A program made the translations under genes and the position numbers. A stretch of 64,000 bases of DNA from Octopus sinensis. Its lineage: Eukaryota. Location: assembly GCF_006345805.1 (NCBI RefSeq), contig NC_042998.1:6324001-6388000 (forward strand), given 5' to 3'. The notes under the pieces were generated by a model. The model ran no database searches. It saw only the letters and a list, made by a program, of their open reading frames with translations, and was not told where the DNA came from. Shown here piece after piece: positions 12,539-26,280 of the stretch (position 1 is the first letter of the stretch; each line of letters opens with the position of its first letter).

Positions 12539-13963
12539 TACTTGATATAAGCTCTTGTAAGGTGGTTGGTGTTAGGAAGTGTATTCAACTGTAAAACCTT
12601 GCTCAAACAGACAGTGCAGCCTGGTACAGTCTTCTGCCTAACCAGCTCCTGCCAAATCATTCAACCCATGTCAGCAGGGAAAACGGGCATTAAATAATAA
12701 TAATGATGATGATGATGAGAGACAAACAGACAGACAGACATATATTATGATTTGTTTGGTTTATCATACAAAAGTTTTTTTCTAATGTTAGTGCATCTAG
12801 TCAAATGAATAATGGTAGCCACCATTTGGAACCCAAACTTAAAGGTTTCACAATAACAATCGAGTTTGGTCAACTGTACCTAAGTGGAGACCTTGCAACC
12901 TTGCCTCACACATACATTAATTAAGGGGCCAAATTGGCAGGATATTTAGATTGCTGGATAGAATTCTTTGCAAAGAATCATTTTGGCTATCTGCATGTCT
13001 CAGTTCAAATCCAACAGAGGTCAGTTTTACCTTTCTTCATAAAAAGTGTACAAGTCACAGGTGATGAAGAGGCAGAACTTTTATACAGTTAGACACGATG
13101 TCTTGCAGTGTCTGTTCTAATTTTCTGTGTCCTGTGTTCAAATTACACCTGGGTGTCAAAGGCCAGAATTAGTTTTGTAACTATGTGAACACCCCAAAAC
13201 CCAAAACATGGGCTGTGTGGTCCAGTGGGACTACAGTTAAAATAATCGATGAGGTTTCATCCAGCAGTAATTCAAAACTAATTAGATGGTTTAATTAATT
13301 AACCCTTTGGCATTCAGATTACTCTGTCAAATATAATGCTTATTTACTCATATTGTTCTGAATTAGTCAGACATTTACTCATAGATTTAAGATTTCAATG
13401 TGGTGATTATTTTTAAAATGACATTGTAGGATAGGTGTCAGAGACTAGATTACAATAGGACAACATTTTTTCATGTTTACTCTCAACCGAAGTAAGGCCC
13501 TATTACCTCACTACCTCTTCATGGTTCAAAAAAAAATGACCTTATGGAGGGGGTCTCTAATAAACCAGCCTCTCAGTCCACAAAAAAAAATCAAATCTTT
13601 CTCTTCCTTTTGTCTAGAGGCTAGATGTTTTGGACACAAAACATGTACAATATTTGAGATGGTACAATATAGTCAGATTAAATGTCAAAAAGTTAAAGGA
13701 AGTACTTTCACATTGAATTCTAATACTAATCCCTCTCTTTTTATCTTATTTCGTCTATACTCTACCCTCTAACAAGATCACCTGTTACAACCTCTCATAA
13801 TAATAAATCCATTCCTCTCATCATATAAAACCATCTCACATCATCTCACTGCCTCTTCTTTTTTGCATTCATTCATGAAGGTACTTAAGGCTCTCTACTC
13901 AAGCAAGCTGCATGGAGGGATAGTATTGGTACCTCACACAAAAGAAAAAAATAATAAATAAAT

Positions 13964-14369
13964 AGGCGCAGGAGTGGCTGTGTGGTAAGTAGCTTGCGTA
14001 CCAGCCACATGGTTCCGGGTTCAGTCCCACTGCGTGGCATCTTGGGCAAGTGTCTTCTGCTATAGCCCCAGGCCGACCAATGCCTTGTGAGTGGATTTGG
14101 TAGACGGAAACTGAAAGAAGCTTGTCGTATATATGTATATATATATATATGTATGTATGTGTGTGTTTGTGTGGCTGTGTTTGCCCCCCTAGCATTGCTT
14201 GACAACCGATGGTGTGTTTACGTCCCTGTAACTTAGCGGTTCGGCAAAAGACCCCGATAGAATAAGTACTGGGCTTACAAAGAATAAGTCCCGGGGTCGA
14301 TTTGCTCGACTAAAGGTGGTGCTCCAGCATGGCCGCAGTCAAATGACTGAAACAAGTAAAAGAGTAAAA
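13964..14369 (+). mobile_element. SINE-E (most abundant family; internal TA/GT microsatellite, (GAGTAAAA)n tail)
   Basis: Head aggcgcaggagtggctgtgtggtaag..gggttcagtccc. Confidence 0.9.
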
Positions 14370-15565
14370 TAAATAAAAAAAACATGGTTCACTCCGTAAA
14401 GTAGTCGATGTTAGGGATAGCATCCAGCTGTAGAAATCCGGCCAAAACCAAGATGCTGAAGCATGATGCAGTCCCCTGATTCGTCTCATGCCATTGAACC
14501 ATGAAACCCCGTTGCAGCACGGAAAGCAGGTGTAAACTAAACACCCAATGATGACAGCACTGCCACAACCGTTGCCAAATGCATGAACTGAGAGATTCTG
14601 TGGATTAATCCATCGCCAACATATTAAGCAAGCAGAAAAAAATACATTCGGTAATAATATAAAGCTCTTCTTATATGAGACAAAATTTAATAACAATTAA
14701 TGTCACAGCAAATCTCATCAAATTTTTGATGGATGTTAACTCAATTCAAATGTTTTTAGGATTTTTTTTTTCTCCCTTTCTTTATTAAGTAATGTCCTTT
14801 GCAATTTACGCAAAATTTCTTGAAAATCTATAAATAATTTTTTTGCTGTTTCTTTTTTTTTTTTTTCTGTTGTAGTTCAAATACTTATATTTATAAATTT
14901 TTAATATATTGGAAAGTTGCATTAGATGGAATTCGTTTTTTTTTTTTTTTTTTTTTAACTTATAAAAAATATTATCTTCAAGTACTCTACAATATGTAAA
15001 GTAGAAAATCTGTTTCTCTATTTCCTGTCAGAACTCTGCCACATGAAAACAAAAATACTTCTCTACTCAATAATCAGAATAGTCGTACAGCAAAAAACTA
15101 CATTTTATTTCCTACAACTTCTTCCTGGTTTTTTATTTAAATTTATCTCATTTATAAATAATTTCAGACATTTGCTTAGTTATAGGGCAAGCATTGAAAC
15201 ATTTTTTTATTTCTCCCAACAGCTAAATTAGCTTCAGACAAGAACTGATATCAATCACAATCAACTCGTCACATGATGTAATTCTGAACACAGACAAAAT
15301 AGAAATTCATCAAAAGCCAAATAATCACTTGTAAGATTCCCTTCAACTCAATTCTTTACAGTACCAATATCTGCATCACCACTCAATCAACCAGATTAAT
15401 TTAATGTATGGCTGGGTGGTTAAGAAATGTGCTTTGCAACTATATGGTTTTGGACTCTAGCTTCATGGAATGCCATCTTGAGCAAGTCTCTTCTACTGAA
15501 TGCCACAGGCTGACCAATGCTTAGGGTGTGAAATATGGTATACTTAAGCAGTACAGAAGCATGTC

Positions 15566-15605
<40 letters not shown>

Positions 15606-16562
15606 GAGAGAGAGAGAGAACATGAGTGCATATGGGTGTTTGTGCATGTGTGGTTAATAAGTTAGCTTTGCAGCCACATGGCTTTGGGTTCAGTCCCACT
15701 CCACAACACCTTGGCTACTGCCTAATGCTTTGTGAATGAATTTGTACAGATTGTGTGTAAGTGTGTGTGTATTTTGTTGCCTGCCAAATAACAGTACCAA
15801 CCAAAGGCTCCTTCAAAGCACACTCCATCTTAACAGAAACGACAAAATGAGGAATGTATCATAAACATAGAAAAGGAGATGGTCATGGCTAGAGAGCCTT
15901 CAATCCTTGATCAGCTCAATCAGAGATGAGCAGGGGTTGAACAACATTAACTACAGAATACAATAACAAAATAGTTCAATATCTAAATGAGAAGTCAAGT
16001 AGTTATGTGAAGAAGAATTTTCGAAAAATTCAAATCAATATAAAATTAAAACCAATGGAAAATTTAGTTAATTAAGTTACAAATTGTACTTGCCATCAAC
16101 AAATCAGTAAAAATCTTTCCAATGTCAAAATGTCCTTTCAACATATCAAAAATAATAGCTCTTATCAACAGAGTAAGCGGTTGCACCTATGACACTAGAA
16201 GCTATAACTGAATGAAATATGTTTCATACAAGAATGCAGATTTGGTTTTGCAATTTTAAAATGTGTGATAAGGAACTGAACGTTCATAACTGAATCAATG
16301 AAAAGGTCACAGTTTTAGAAATAAGGTTTTCTCGGGTTACGAGTACTTAAAATGATGTCACTGACATTGAATGTTTACCTGTGGTTTGCTGGGAATGAAG
16401 ACAAAATGGAAAGAAAACTCAAAGAGGCACGATATATTCCAAAGAATTTAAACCAAAATATGCAGAAAGTTATGGCTTGCAACACATTACGGAAAAAAAT
16501 TTTTGAGTGGGATTTTCAATTTCCATTGAACTTTCACACACACACACATAATTTAGCAAGTA

Positions 16563-16959
16563 CTAGCAGTATCGCCCAGCGTTGCTCGGGTTTGTAAGGG
16601 AAATAACTATATAAGCATTTTTAGAGAGTTATAGCCAAAATATAGCAAAAAAATGCATTAAAAATGGAAAAAAAATTATGGTAAATTTTTTTTAAATCAT
16701 TGACTCATCGTAGACATTTTTAGAGAGTTACTTCCCTTATATAATAGCGAAAAAATGCATTAAAATGGAAAAAAATTATGGTAAATTTTTTTCTAAATCG
16801 TAGACTCATCGTAGAAGCGTGCTAATAACCAGAAGGGCTCGATATGAATCACGACTATAAGATACCTGGTTTTGGTTAAACTGCACTGCAAAATGTGGGA
16901 GTAGTTAGGAATCTAAATCGTAGGAGACAGACACACAACCTTACTTTTATATATAAAGA
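16563..16959 (-). mobile_element. Non-autonomous Helitron
   Basis: 5' TC(tttatatataaaag) and 3' ..gagcaacgctgggcgatactgCTAG; inserted between A and T with no TSD; internal tandem duplication of about 100 bp. Confidence 0.8.
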
Positions 16960-17251
16960 TTATAGATGCTTAAATGGTAAAACTGCAAACATAAACCTCA
17001 AAAGGCATGTAAATGCTTCCATATACAGAGTCTGCCGAAAGTATGTATACATACTTCAGGAAAGAAAAAAATCTGTATAAATCCTTAACTTGTACAAATA
17101 GCTCCTTAAATATAAATACCTGTTTCAATGTTTTATTAAAATGCAATATACACTGAATAAATTGCAATATACACTGAATTAAAATATTTACATAGATTTT
17201 TTTTCTCCTTTCCTGAAGTGTGTATACATTTCATTTGACAGACTCTGTCTG

Positions 17252-17289
<38 letters not shown>

Positions 17290-17898
17290 TGTGTGTGTTT
17301 CGCTCGCTTCTTGATATTTTTTGCCCAACTACTATTTTTTTCACTTCTATTTATTCTATATCCTTTCAAAATTATTCCCAGGCATTAACCATTAAAACTC
17401 ATCTTGGCCTAATAGCCCTTAATGCCTGTCCTCATCAACTGTTTACTCTGTATGTTCCCTCTGGTGTCATTTATTCATTCGAAGCCCTAACTCTCCATAA
17501 ATTTTATACAGATATATATATATGTATATATACACACACACATACATACATACATACATACATACATACATACATACACACACATATGTATATATACATT
17601 AAATCACCTATCACCTAATGAGCCAAACACGAGCTTATTGTGCCTCACCTGCCAGCCCCTTCAGCTCAACACTATTTTGTCATCTCTCTAGTCCACCCTC
17701 CCAACATTGCTATCCTGCCACTCCCCTATAAACCACCATCTTCACCACTCACTGCATTCCCATTCTCTTCTCCTGTACCTCAATCCCCTTTTCCAGTTTC
17801 CTGAACCCCTGCTTACTCACCCTTTTCCAATCATCTGTACAACTCTACTTACAATCCCCTCTTTGTAACTTACCGATATTCCTTGGTACCTCACCACC

Positions 17899-17942
<44 letters not shown>

Positions 17943-18355
17943 TTTCAGTCTCTCCTCTACAAGAAAACACCCATACTTTAGCCCTTTCATCACCTGGCAC
18001 AAAGCCACCTCCCTTAGTGCCACTCCCCTCTCAGATGAGTTGCTATGTTACAAGTTACCTGGTGATCTCACTGGTGCCATGTAAAAAAGTGCCCAGTACA
18101 ATCTGTGAAGTAGTTGGCATTAGGAAGGACATCCAGCCATAGAAACAATGCCAAAACTAACAGTAGCACTTGAAGCAGTGCTCTTAGTCACCAGCTTCTG
18201 TTAAACAGTCCAACCAACGCAGCAGGGGAAAGAGAAGTTGGATGGTGATAATATACACATTACATACATACATCGGTCTGTTCACTTCATTGAAGCTGCA
18301 TTTCTTAATTCACAATTACTTGGTCAGGAAGGGCATCAGGCTATATAAACAAGTA

Positions 18356-18926
18356 TTGGGTTGTCTGGAAAGTTCATGCCGATTTATAGTAGCTTACCGT
18401 TCGACTTATTTTAGAACATGGTTGAGTCCATAAAATAGGATTTGACTACACCTCCATCTAGAGCACAGTTTAAGCTATCTTTTTGTGGAAAAAGGTCTAT
18501 CTTTCTAAAACCTGTGTTAATTCTGTAACCCTTTAAGATGGAAAATAAGAAAGTTCAATTTTGGCACTTGATGCTTTGGGAGTCAGACAAAAGTTGCTCC
18601 AGCTCGGCTGGGATGTGTTACCCCACCCACCCTCCATATTCACCAGATATTGCTCCTTCGGATTTCCTCTTATTCGGGTCTCTGCAGAATAGTCTTAACG
18701 GTAAAAATTTTAATTCCTTGGATGATGTAAAAAGATACCTTGATGAATTCTTTGCCATGAAACCACCTCAATTCTGGGAAGGGGGTATTTTCAAGTTAAA
18801 GGAAAGATGGAGACACATTGTGCAACGAAATGGTTCATATTTGGTGGATTAAAAATGTATTGGCAAGTATTTATTTATTTTTTTTCTTTCCTTTAAAAAT
18901 TGGCACAAACTTTCCAGGCAACCCAA
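18356..18926 (+). mobile_element. Internally deleted mariner (571 bp)
   Basis: TIRs ttgggttgtctggaaagtt / aactttccaggcaacccaa with TA flanks. The C-terminal frame HPPYSPDIAPSDFLLFGSLQNSL..GIFKLKERW..NGSYLVD is intact. Confidence 0.92.
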
Positions 18927-19681
18927 TATTTTAACTGAAACAAATAATAAATTCTCTCTCCCCATGCATGATGGAAAGAAACATGTAAAAAACATATATT
19001 TTATGTATGCACTTTGAATTACTCCATCCACATTCTAAACTCTGAGAGAAGTAATTAAAAGTTATTAAAGAAATTTAGTAAAGAGAAATAAATTTTTCAG
19101 GAAGATGACCGATTTAAGAAAAGAAAGAAAATAACATCGAAAACGTTTTCAAGTTAAACTAAACACATTTTGGGAGAGAAATTGATTTTGTTCTGAAAGA
19201 GAAAATGTATTTACAAGAGGAAAATAAATATTTTCATAATTATGACAAATGTTATCACAGAATGCAAAACTGCACAGAATTGTAAATAACAAAGAAACAG
19301 AATAGAATGTAGGAAAAATTGAAACTTAGAAATAAAATAAAATAAAATAAAATAAAATAAAATAAAATATGCTATGTCAATTTAATAACACATCAGTTAT
19401 TTTAAATTGTATCGAAATTGTATTTAGGTATCTTTTATCTTTTACTTGTTCCGGTTACTGGGCTGTGACCATGCTGGGGCACCACCTGGAAAGGCAGAGT
19501 CAAACAAATCAAATTTTTTTTTCTTTTAATTTAACTCTGGTGTTTAATCTTTTCTGAACCACTAAGCTTTGGGGATGTAAATAGACCAGCACTGGTTGTC
19601 AAGCAAGTCATAGGAAACAAACACACACACTCATTTATCTACATAGGTGTGTGTGTGTATACATGTATTTATATATATATA

Positions 19682-20419
19682 GTGGATAGAATAGAATCGC
19701 AGACTACGATTAGTACATAAATATACGGGTTTAGTTAAGATAAAATAAGGATTGCCCGAACTGAAATATAATTTGGTATATTAAATATATAACAATATAA
19801 AAATATATGAATGCTAAAAATATACATGGACGTATAGGTATATAGATATATAATCATAGGAATAATAGAATATAGATAAAAATGATAGTAGTATATGGAT
19901 ACAAAATGTTTTTTTTAAATTTGAAATATGATAAAGTAATATTTTTTTAAAAACGTTTTGAATCTATATTCCACTATCATTTTTATCTATATTCTGTTAT
20001 TACTATGTTTATATATCTATATACCTACATGTCCATGTATATGTTTAGTATTCATATATTTTTTATATTTCTATATATATTTTATATCAATATATGTTTC
20101 AGTTTAGGCATTCCTTATGTTATCTTAACCCTTCCGATACCAACTTGGCTGAAACCGCCTCTGGCTCTGTAGTACAAATGTCTTGTTTTCATAAGTTTTG
20201 AATTAAAATCTTCCACCAAACCTTCAGTCACAATTTATGTTCCTAACACTAGCTTAATCATAACTAAGTTATTTTACTAAATTCTTTGTTATATTTAAAT
20301 TAATTGAATGAAACACAGAGCATCTCAAAGTAAATACGGTAATGAAAGGGTTAACTAAATACATATATGTATGTGTTAATCATAGTCTGCCTGATTTGAA
20401 TATTTTCCATTCTATCCAC
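19682..20419. mobile_element. Long AT-rich foldback element; right arm interrupted by MITE-1
   Basis: About 235 bp inverted arms (gtggataga.. / ..tctatccac) with a short spacer near 19920-19945. Confidence 0.8.
20129..20350 (+). mobile_element. piggyBac-type MITE-1
   Basis: TTAA-CCCTT..AAGGG-TTAA, 222 bp. Confidence 0.85.
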
Positions 20420-20526
20420 AGTATTTATCTAATGCCTCAGGTTCGACTTGAGTACATTTACGTTGTGCATTTCGTAAGAAAATTATAACTATATAATTAA
20501 ATAAATAAATATATACATAAATATAA

Positions 20527-20705
20527 GATAAATTAAATAGAAAGATTCTATTGACAATCCAATAATATATTATATCATATTATAATATTACAATATTTGT
20601 TTATATAATATTATGTTACATTATATTCATAGTATATTATGTAATATTGTAATATAATATAAATGAATTATTGGATTCTCAAATTTTCTCTCAATTTAAT
20701 TTATC
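20527..20705. repeat. AT-rich imperfect palindrome
   Basis: gataaattaaat..aatccaataat / attattggatt..atttaatttatc. Confidence 0.7.
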
Positions 20706-20814
20706 TCCGTAATTGCATTACACACACATTTATATGGTATCCAACTGACGTACCAGTGAAGTGGATGTTTAACACACCCCTTTGAAGGGACTCTTTTCCT
20801 CAGTTTGTTACTTT

Positions 20815-21294
20815 CATCATCATCATCATCATCGTTTAACGTCCGTTCTCCATGCTAGCATGGGTTGGACGGTTCGACTGGGGATCTGGGAAGCCAGAAG
20901 GCTGCACCAGGCTCCAGTCTTATCTGGCAGTGTTTCTACAGCTGGATGCCCTTCCTAACGCCAACCACTCCGTGAGTGTAGTGGGTGCTTTTTACGTGCC
21001 ACCTGCACAGGTGCCAGGCGAGGCTGGCAACGGCCACGGTCGGATTGGTGTATTTTATGTGCCACCGGCACGGAAGCCAGACGAGGCGGTGCTGGCATCG
21101 GCCACGAGTCGGATGGTGCTCTTTACGTACCACCAGACCAGGGATCCTGGCTGGTTCAATTCGATTTCGATTTCGCTTGCCCCAACATGTCTTCGCAAGC
21201 AAGGGGGTTGGCATGGGTGCCTGTTGTACGGTAAGATTGGTGTGTTTTACGTGCCACCGGCACGGAAGCCAGTGGAGGCGGCGCTGGCATCGGC
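20815..21294 (-). mobile_element. Family G element, long form
   Basis: (CAT)n at left; repeated ttttacgtgccaccggcac modules. Confidence 0.82.
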
Positions 21295-21732
21295 CATATA
21301 TATATATTTAATTCAAAGTATTCTCAGTTTCACAATACATGAGAATCAGCTGATTAAAATGCCAAATACTTAAATATGAACAAAATTTTACCGAAAAATG
21401 GATATTCACCAAACTGAATCTACAGCATTAAGTTTTAACAAATTATTTCACATGACACAAAACAGTCACATATTTCATAACACTTTGTTATTAGTGCCAA
21501 ATGTGTTTCTGCCTTTTTGATTGGTTTTTCACCTGATGAGCATCCAACATAAAGTAATTACCTTTAATGACAAAACCAGACCAGTTAATTGGATGTTTTC
21601 CATCAGGATATTTACCAACTTTTGATGATACTATAGTTTCTACAGAAAGGTAAATTGATTTTCACTTCTATTGCAGGGTTTATTCTTCTTCTTCTTGCTG
21701 TTTACCAATCTATTCGGAGTTCAGACGTATTC

Positions 21733-21948
21733 TTTTATTTGTTTCAGTCAATTGACTTCGGCCATACTGGAGTGTCAGTTTGGGGGGCATTTTAGTCGGA
21801 AAAATCAACCCCCAGGACTTATTTCTTTAAGCCTGGTACTTATCGTAATAGTCTCTTTTGCCAAACTGCTAAGTTATGGGGATGTAAACAAAACAGCACC
21901 GGTTTTCAAGTGGTGACAGGAGGACAATCACAGACATATACATTGTAA

Positions 21949-21985
<37 letters not shown>

Positions 21986-22140
21986 ACAGGGTTCTTTGAA
22001 ATTCCATCTACTAAACCCACTCACAAGGCTTTGGTCAGCCTGGAGCTACAGTACAAGACATTTGCCCAAAGTGCCACACAGTGGGACTGAACCCAGAACC
22101 ATGTGGTTGGGAAGCAAGCTTCTTACCACACAGCCATGCC
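21733..22140 (-). mobile_element. SINE-E, diverged
   Basis: Similarity to the other E copies. Confidence 0.8.
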
Positions 22141-22458
22141 TGCTTATATATTATGCTTCTATTTCTTGCTGTTCTTTTCTGAAACACAGGTTTTATGTTC
22201 CCAGAAAATCTTTCTCTAACCATTCTCTTGATTATATTTCAAGCACTGATCTTTTAACTTTTTTAACATTTAAAACAAACCAAATCTTGCCCAAATATTC
22301 TACACATTTTATATCCGAAACACCAAGGTCTGGCCTCTCACACCTACCCTATGATGGCATTCTGAAACTAAACAATCATATCATCCGAAATCTGGAAGTT
22401 ACGAGATAATGAATGATTAATTGAAAACAACATGAATAAAGAAGTTTTGCATTTGACC

Positions 22459-22848
22459 GGCACAGGAGTGGCTGTGTGGTAAGTAGCTTTTTTACCAACC
22501 ACATGGTACCGGGTTCAGTCCCACTGCGTGGCATCTTGGGCAAGTGTCTTCTACTATAGCCTCGGGCCGACCAAAGCCTTGTGAGTGGATTTGGTAGACG
22601 GAAACTGAAAGAAGCCCGTCGTATATATGTGTATATATATGCGTGTGTGTGTTTGTCCCCCTAGCATTGCTTGAGAACCGATGCTGGTGTGTTTATGTCC
22701 CCTTTACTTAGCGGTTCAGCAAAAGAGACCGATAGAATAAGTACTGGGCTTACAAAGAATAAGTCCTGGGGTCGAGTTGCTCGACTAAAGGCGGTGCTCC
22801 AGCATGGCCGCAGTCAAATGACTGAAACAAGTAAAAGAGTAAAAGAGT
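22459..22848 (+). mobile_element. SINE-E
   Basis: Full head and tail. Confidence 0.9.
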
Positions 22849-23177
22849 GAAGAGAGAAATCCGAATGCTAAAAGGTTAATTAGAGTTTGATTAAACATAA
22901 AAGTATTCTAGTCAAACTGACAGTTGACATTAACTGATTAAACATTAGTCCATGAAACTTATCTGGTAAACAGTACAACTGTCAATACTTAACCTTCCAC
23001 TTAAAAACCACATTTTATAATTTATATAAACTTTTATATATTTTATAAAGATCGCAGCTCCATTTCATGCTTTACTGCCAAGTATCATTAACAGGGTCAC
23101 ATTAGTTTGCAATAACAAATCTGGACTTTACAGGAGATTAAGTAGCTTATGGTTCTATGTCATGAAATCTGTTTTAA

Positions 23178-23622
23178 CCTTTTAGCATTTAACCCTTTTG
23201 ATACCAACCTGGCTGAAACCGGCTCTGGCTCTGTAGTACAAATGTCTTGTTTTCATAAGTTCTGAATGAAAATCTTCCACCAAACCTTTGTCACAATTTA
23301 TGTTCCTAACACTAGCTGAATGATAACTAAGTTATTTTACTAAATTCTTTGTTATGTTTAAAGTAATTGAAAGAAAAACACAGCATCTCAAAATAAATAC
23401 AGTAACGAAAGGGTTAATCCGGCCATATAAAGCCCAAATATTCTTCCTCTTTTGTGTTCAAACCAGAAAGATTCAGCCTCTCACATCTACACTACAATAT
23501 CATTCTAAAAGTAAACAATCGCATCACTGAAATTTCAAAGCTATGAGACAATACATTAGTAATTCAAGATAGTGTAACTAGATAAACATTACATTTGACA
23601 AAGTAATCTGAATGTTAAATGG
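23178..23622 (+). mobile_element. TTAA-flanked MITE-2 (host of MITE-1)
   Basis: ttaa-ccttttagcatt start; body is the reverse complement of 47729-47945. Confidence 0.7.
23193..23413 (+). mobile_element. piggyBac-type MITE-1 nested in MITE-2
   Basis: TTAA flanks, same body as the 20129 copy; splits MITE-2 at 23178-23622. Confidence 0.85.
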
Positions 23623-24141
23623 TTACAATTATCTTTACCAAAACCTTCCATTAGATTTTCATATCAGTTTCTATTCTGAACACTAGCTTTATGGTGACAA
23701 AATTACTTCATTATTTTCAAAACTAATTGAAACAAAGACTGTGTATTTCAAAAGGAACATAGTTAACAAAGGGGTTAAAATTATTTAAACCAAAAATTTC
23801 CATCAAAATTTCACGTGTTTTATGTTCTAAACAACAGCTTAATAAGGACATGGTTATTTTAATAAATTCTTAATTTTTCTCAAAACTAAATAAAACTAAG
23901 ACTGTGTATTTTAAAAGAAATATGGTAACAAAAGGGGCAAACAAAAGGGTTGAACAAGGTCCCATTTTTGTTAGGGTTTGATGGTTTCATTACCCCCAAT
24001 AACCTGGAGGACTATGCCAGGGTGTCAGTTTCGACTCCATACAGAATATAAAGAACCAATTTCCAGAAGGAGGGCAAATGTCAGAGGAAGTAAACAGATT
24101 TTATTTAGTTTCCAGCTTATGCTAACCCCAAGCAATGTTAA

Positions 24142-24361
24142 CCCTTTCGTTACCAACCCGGCTGAAACCGGCTCTGGCTCTGAGTACAAATGTCTTGTTT
24201 TCATAAGTTTTGAATTAAAATCTTCAACCAAACCTTACTCACAATTTATGTTCATAACACTAGCTGAATGATAACCAAGTTATTCTACTAAATTCTTTGT
24301 TATATTTAAAGTAACTGAAAGAAACACACAGCATCTAAAAAAAAATACAGTAATGAAAGGG
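24142..24361 (+). mobile_element. piggyBac-type MITE-1
   Basis: TTAA-CCCTTTCGTTACC..TAATGAAAGGG-TTAA; ends 70 nt from the DDX49 donor. Confidence 0.85.
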
Positions 24362-24431
24362 TTAATTTAATGTTTACAGTAAATCACAATCAACAAACAG
24401 GACTAGAAAACAAAGTAATTAACTGTCTTAC

Positions 24432-24553
24432 CAGAAATCTCAGCTGATTGAAATTAAATGTATCACAGCTCTCCAAATGGTCAGCAAGTCGTCCTGGTGT
24501 TGTAACGACTATGTGAGGTAGATCAGTAAGTTTCAAGCCCTGATCGATCATAT
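24432..24553 (-). CDS. DDX49: DDX49/DBP8 next exon: (N)MIDQGLKLTDLPHIVVTTPGRLADHLESCDTFNFNQLRFL
   Basis: Motif Ib TPGRL plus DDX49-like ADHL..S..F...RFL. Acceptor tttatag, donor CTG/gtaaga; 122 nt, phase 1 in (joins the 34183 exon as A+AT = Asn), phase 0 out, just before the DEAD motif. Confidence 0.93.
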
Positions 24554-25756
24554 CTATAAATTATAAAAAGACAATAATTAGTTGTGGCAATTAATTAGAA
24601 GCAAAGAATGGAAACAACAGAATTTGCTGATTAGTTCTTTAGCATTTAGGTTACCCTGTCAAATATGACACTTACTTACTCACAATGTTTTAAGTTTAAT
24701 CATGCCTTATCTCATAGCTTCAGGATTTCAATGATGTTTTTTGTGTATTTTTAGGAAGATACTGAAAGGTAGGTGTGAAAAGCCAGATCTGGCCAAGTTT
24801 GAACACAAAACAGGTAAAGTATTTGGGCTGGATATGAGTGGTTTAAATGCTAAAGAGTGAAATAATTAATCTCAAAGAAAAATGCAATAACAAATTGTTT
24901 AGTGGAGTATTACAGGTTAGTGAAGGGATGTGGCCAAGCGGTTAGGGTGTTCGGCTCATGATCTTAAGACTGTAGGTTCAATTTCTGGACCAGGTGGCAC
25001 ATTGTGTCCCTTTATTACATGTTGCTCTATTGAGTGTGGGTGTGGGTGTGTGTGTGTCAGTGTCACATGAGTAAGGTTCTTCATTTTCAATCATCTGTGA
25101 AAAACATGTCCGGCTGTGGGAAAATATTGCCTTATTAGAAGCATGGAATGGTGAATGAAAGAAAGGAAATCCAGTCATAGAAAATCTGCCCCAACAATTC
25201 CCACTGGATCTATGCAAGCATGTAAATGTAGAGGTTAAACAATGATGATGATGATGATGATGACAGTATATATTAACAAACCATACTTGCTCATTAGTAC
25301 TCATGGTTGTACTGTACTAATGTAAGTTGGTAGAATTCCCTTCATATGGCAACTTCACTATTGCTTCCCTTACCACTCATGCTTCTAGCACCCTCTTCTC
25401 TCTTCTTCCTCCAGTCATTTCATCATGTGGTAACTGTCCAATTGAGACACATTTGCTCTTTACTTGCTCCATTTTTTTCCCCTCCCCTCATCTTTTCTTT
25501 CTGTAGAAGAGCATATGCTTGCAATGCAAAAGAGTATGTTTCCTTCTTTCAAGAACAACTTGATGTATTGGTGAACAATCACTGGCATTGGAGAGCAAAA
25601 CAATTCAATTTGTAGTTGTGTAAAAAGTTAGTTGACATAGAGGACTGGAAACCATCTGAATACTGGAAAAGAGTAACCTGTGTCTTGATGATCTGTGCCA
25701 GGTATCAAAATGCTGACATCACGGCTGCTGCTCAGTGCTCTGGGAACACTCTCAAC

Positions 25757-26280
25757 CCTTTTGATACCTATTTCTTTACTACCCACAAGGGGCTAAACAC
25801 AGAGAGGACAAACAAGGACTGACAAACGGATTAAGTCGATTATATCGACCCCAGTGCGTAACTGGTACTTATTTAATCGACCCCGAAAGGATGAAAGGCA
25901 AAGTCGACCTCAGCGGAATTTGAACTCAGAACGTAACGGCAGACGAAATACGGCTACGCATTTCGCCCGGCATGCTAATGTTTCTGCCAGCTCACCTTTT
26001 GATACCAACCCGGCTGAAACCACCTCTGGCCCTGAAGTACAAATGTCTTGTTTTAATAAGTTTTGAATTGAAATCTTCCACCAAACCGTAGTCACAATTT
26101 ATACTCCTAATATTAGCTTAATGATAACGAAGTTTTCCTTTCATAATGAATGAAATTCCAGGCAGGGGCTTAATAAAACAAAAAAAAAAGCTAAGTTATT
26201 TTACTAAATTCTTTGTTATATTTAAAATTAATTGAAAGAAAGACAGAGCATCTCAACAGAAATACAGTAACGAAATGTAA
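25757..26280 (+). mobile_element. MITE-1 interrupted by SINE-F in its left TIR
   Basis: Body resumes at 25995 after the duplicated 12-mer ccttttgatacc. Confidence 0.75.
25769..25994 (-). mobile_element. SINE-F
   Basis: 12 bp TSD ccttttgatacc. Confidence 0.9.

Noticed and set aside
15223-15330. Plus-strand exon with strong acceptor and gtaag donor
   Set aside because: All frames are closed just after the strong acceptor; an open frame needs a weak alternative AG.
21532-21607. pre-miRNA-like hairpin
   Set aside because: Outer arms pair but the interior is branched with a large unpaired segment.
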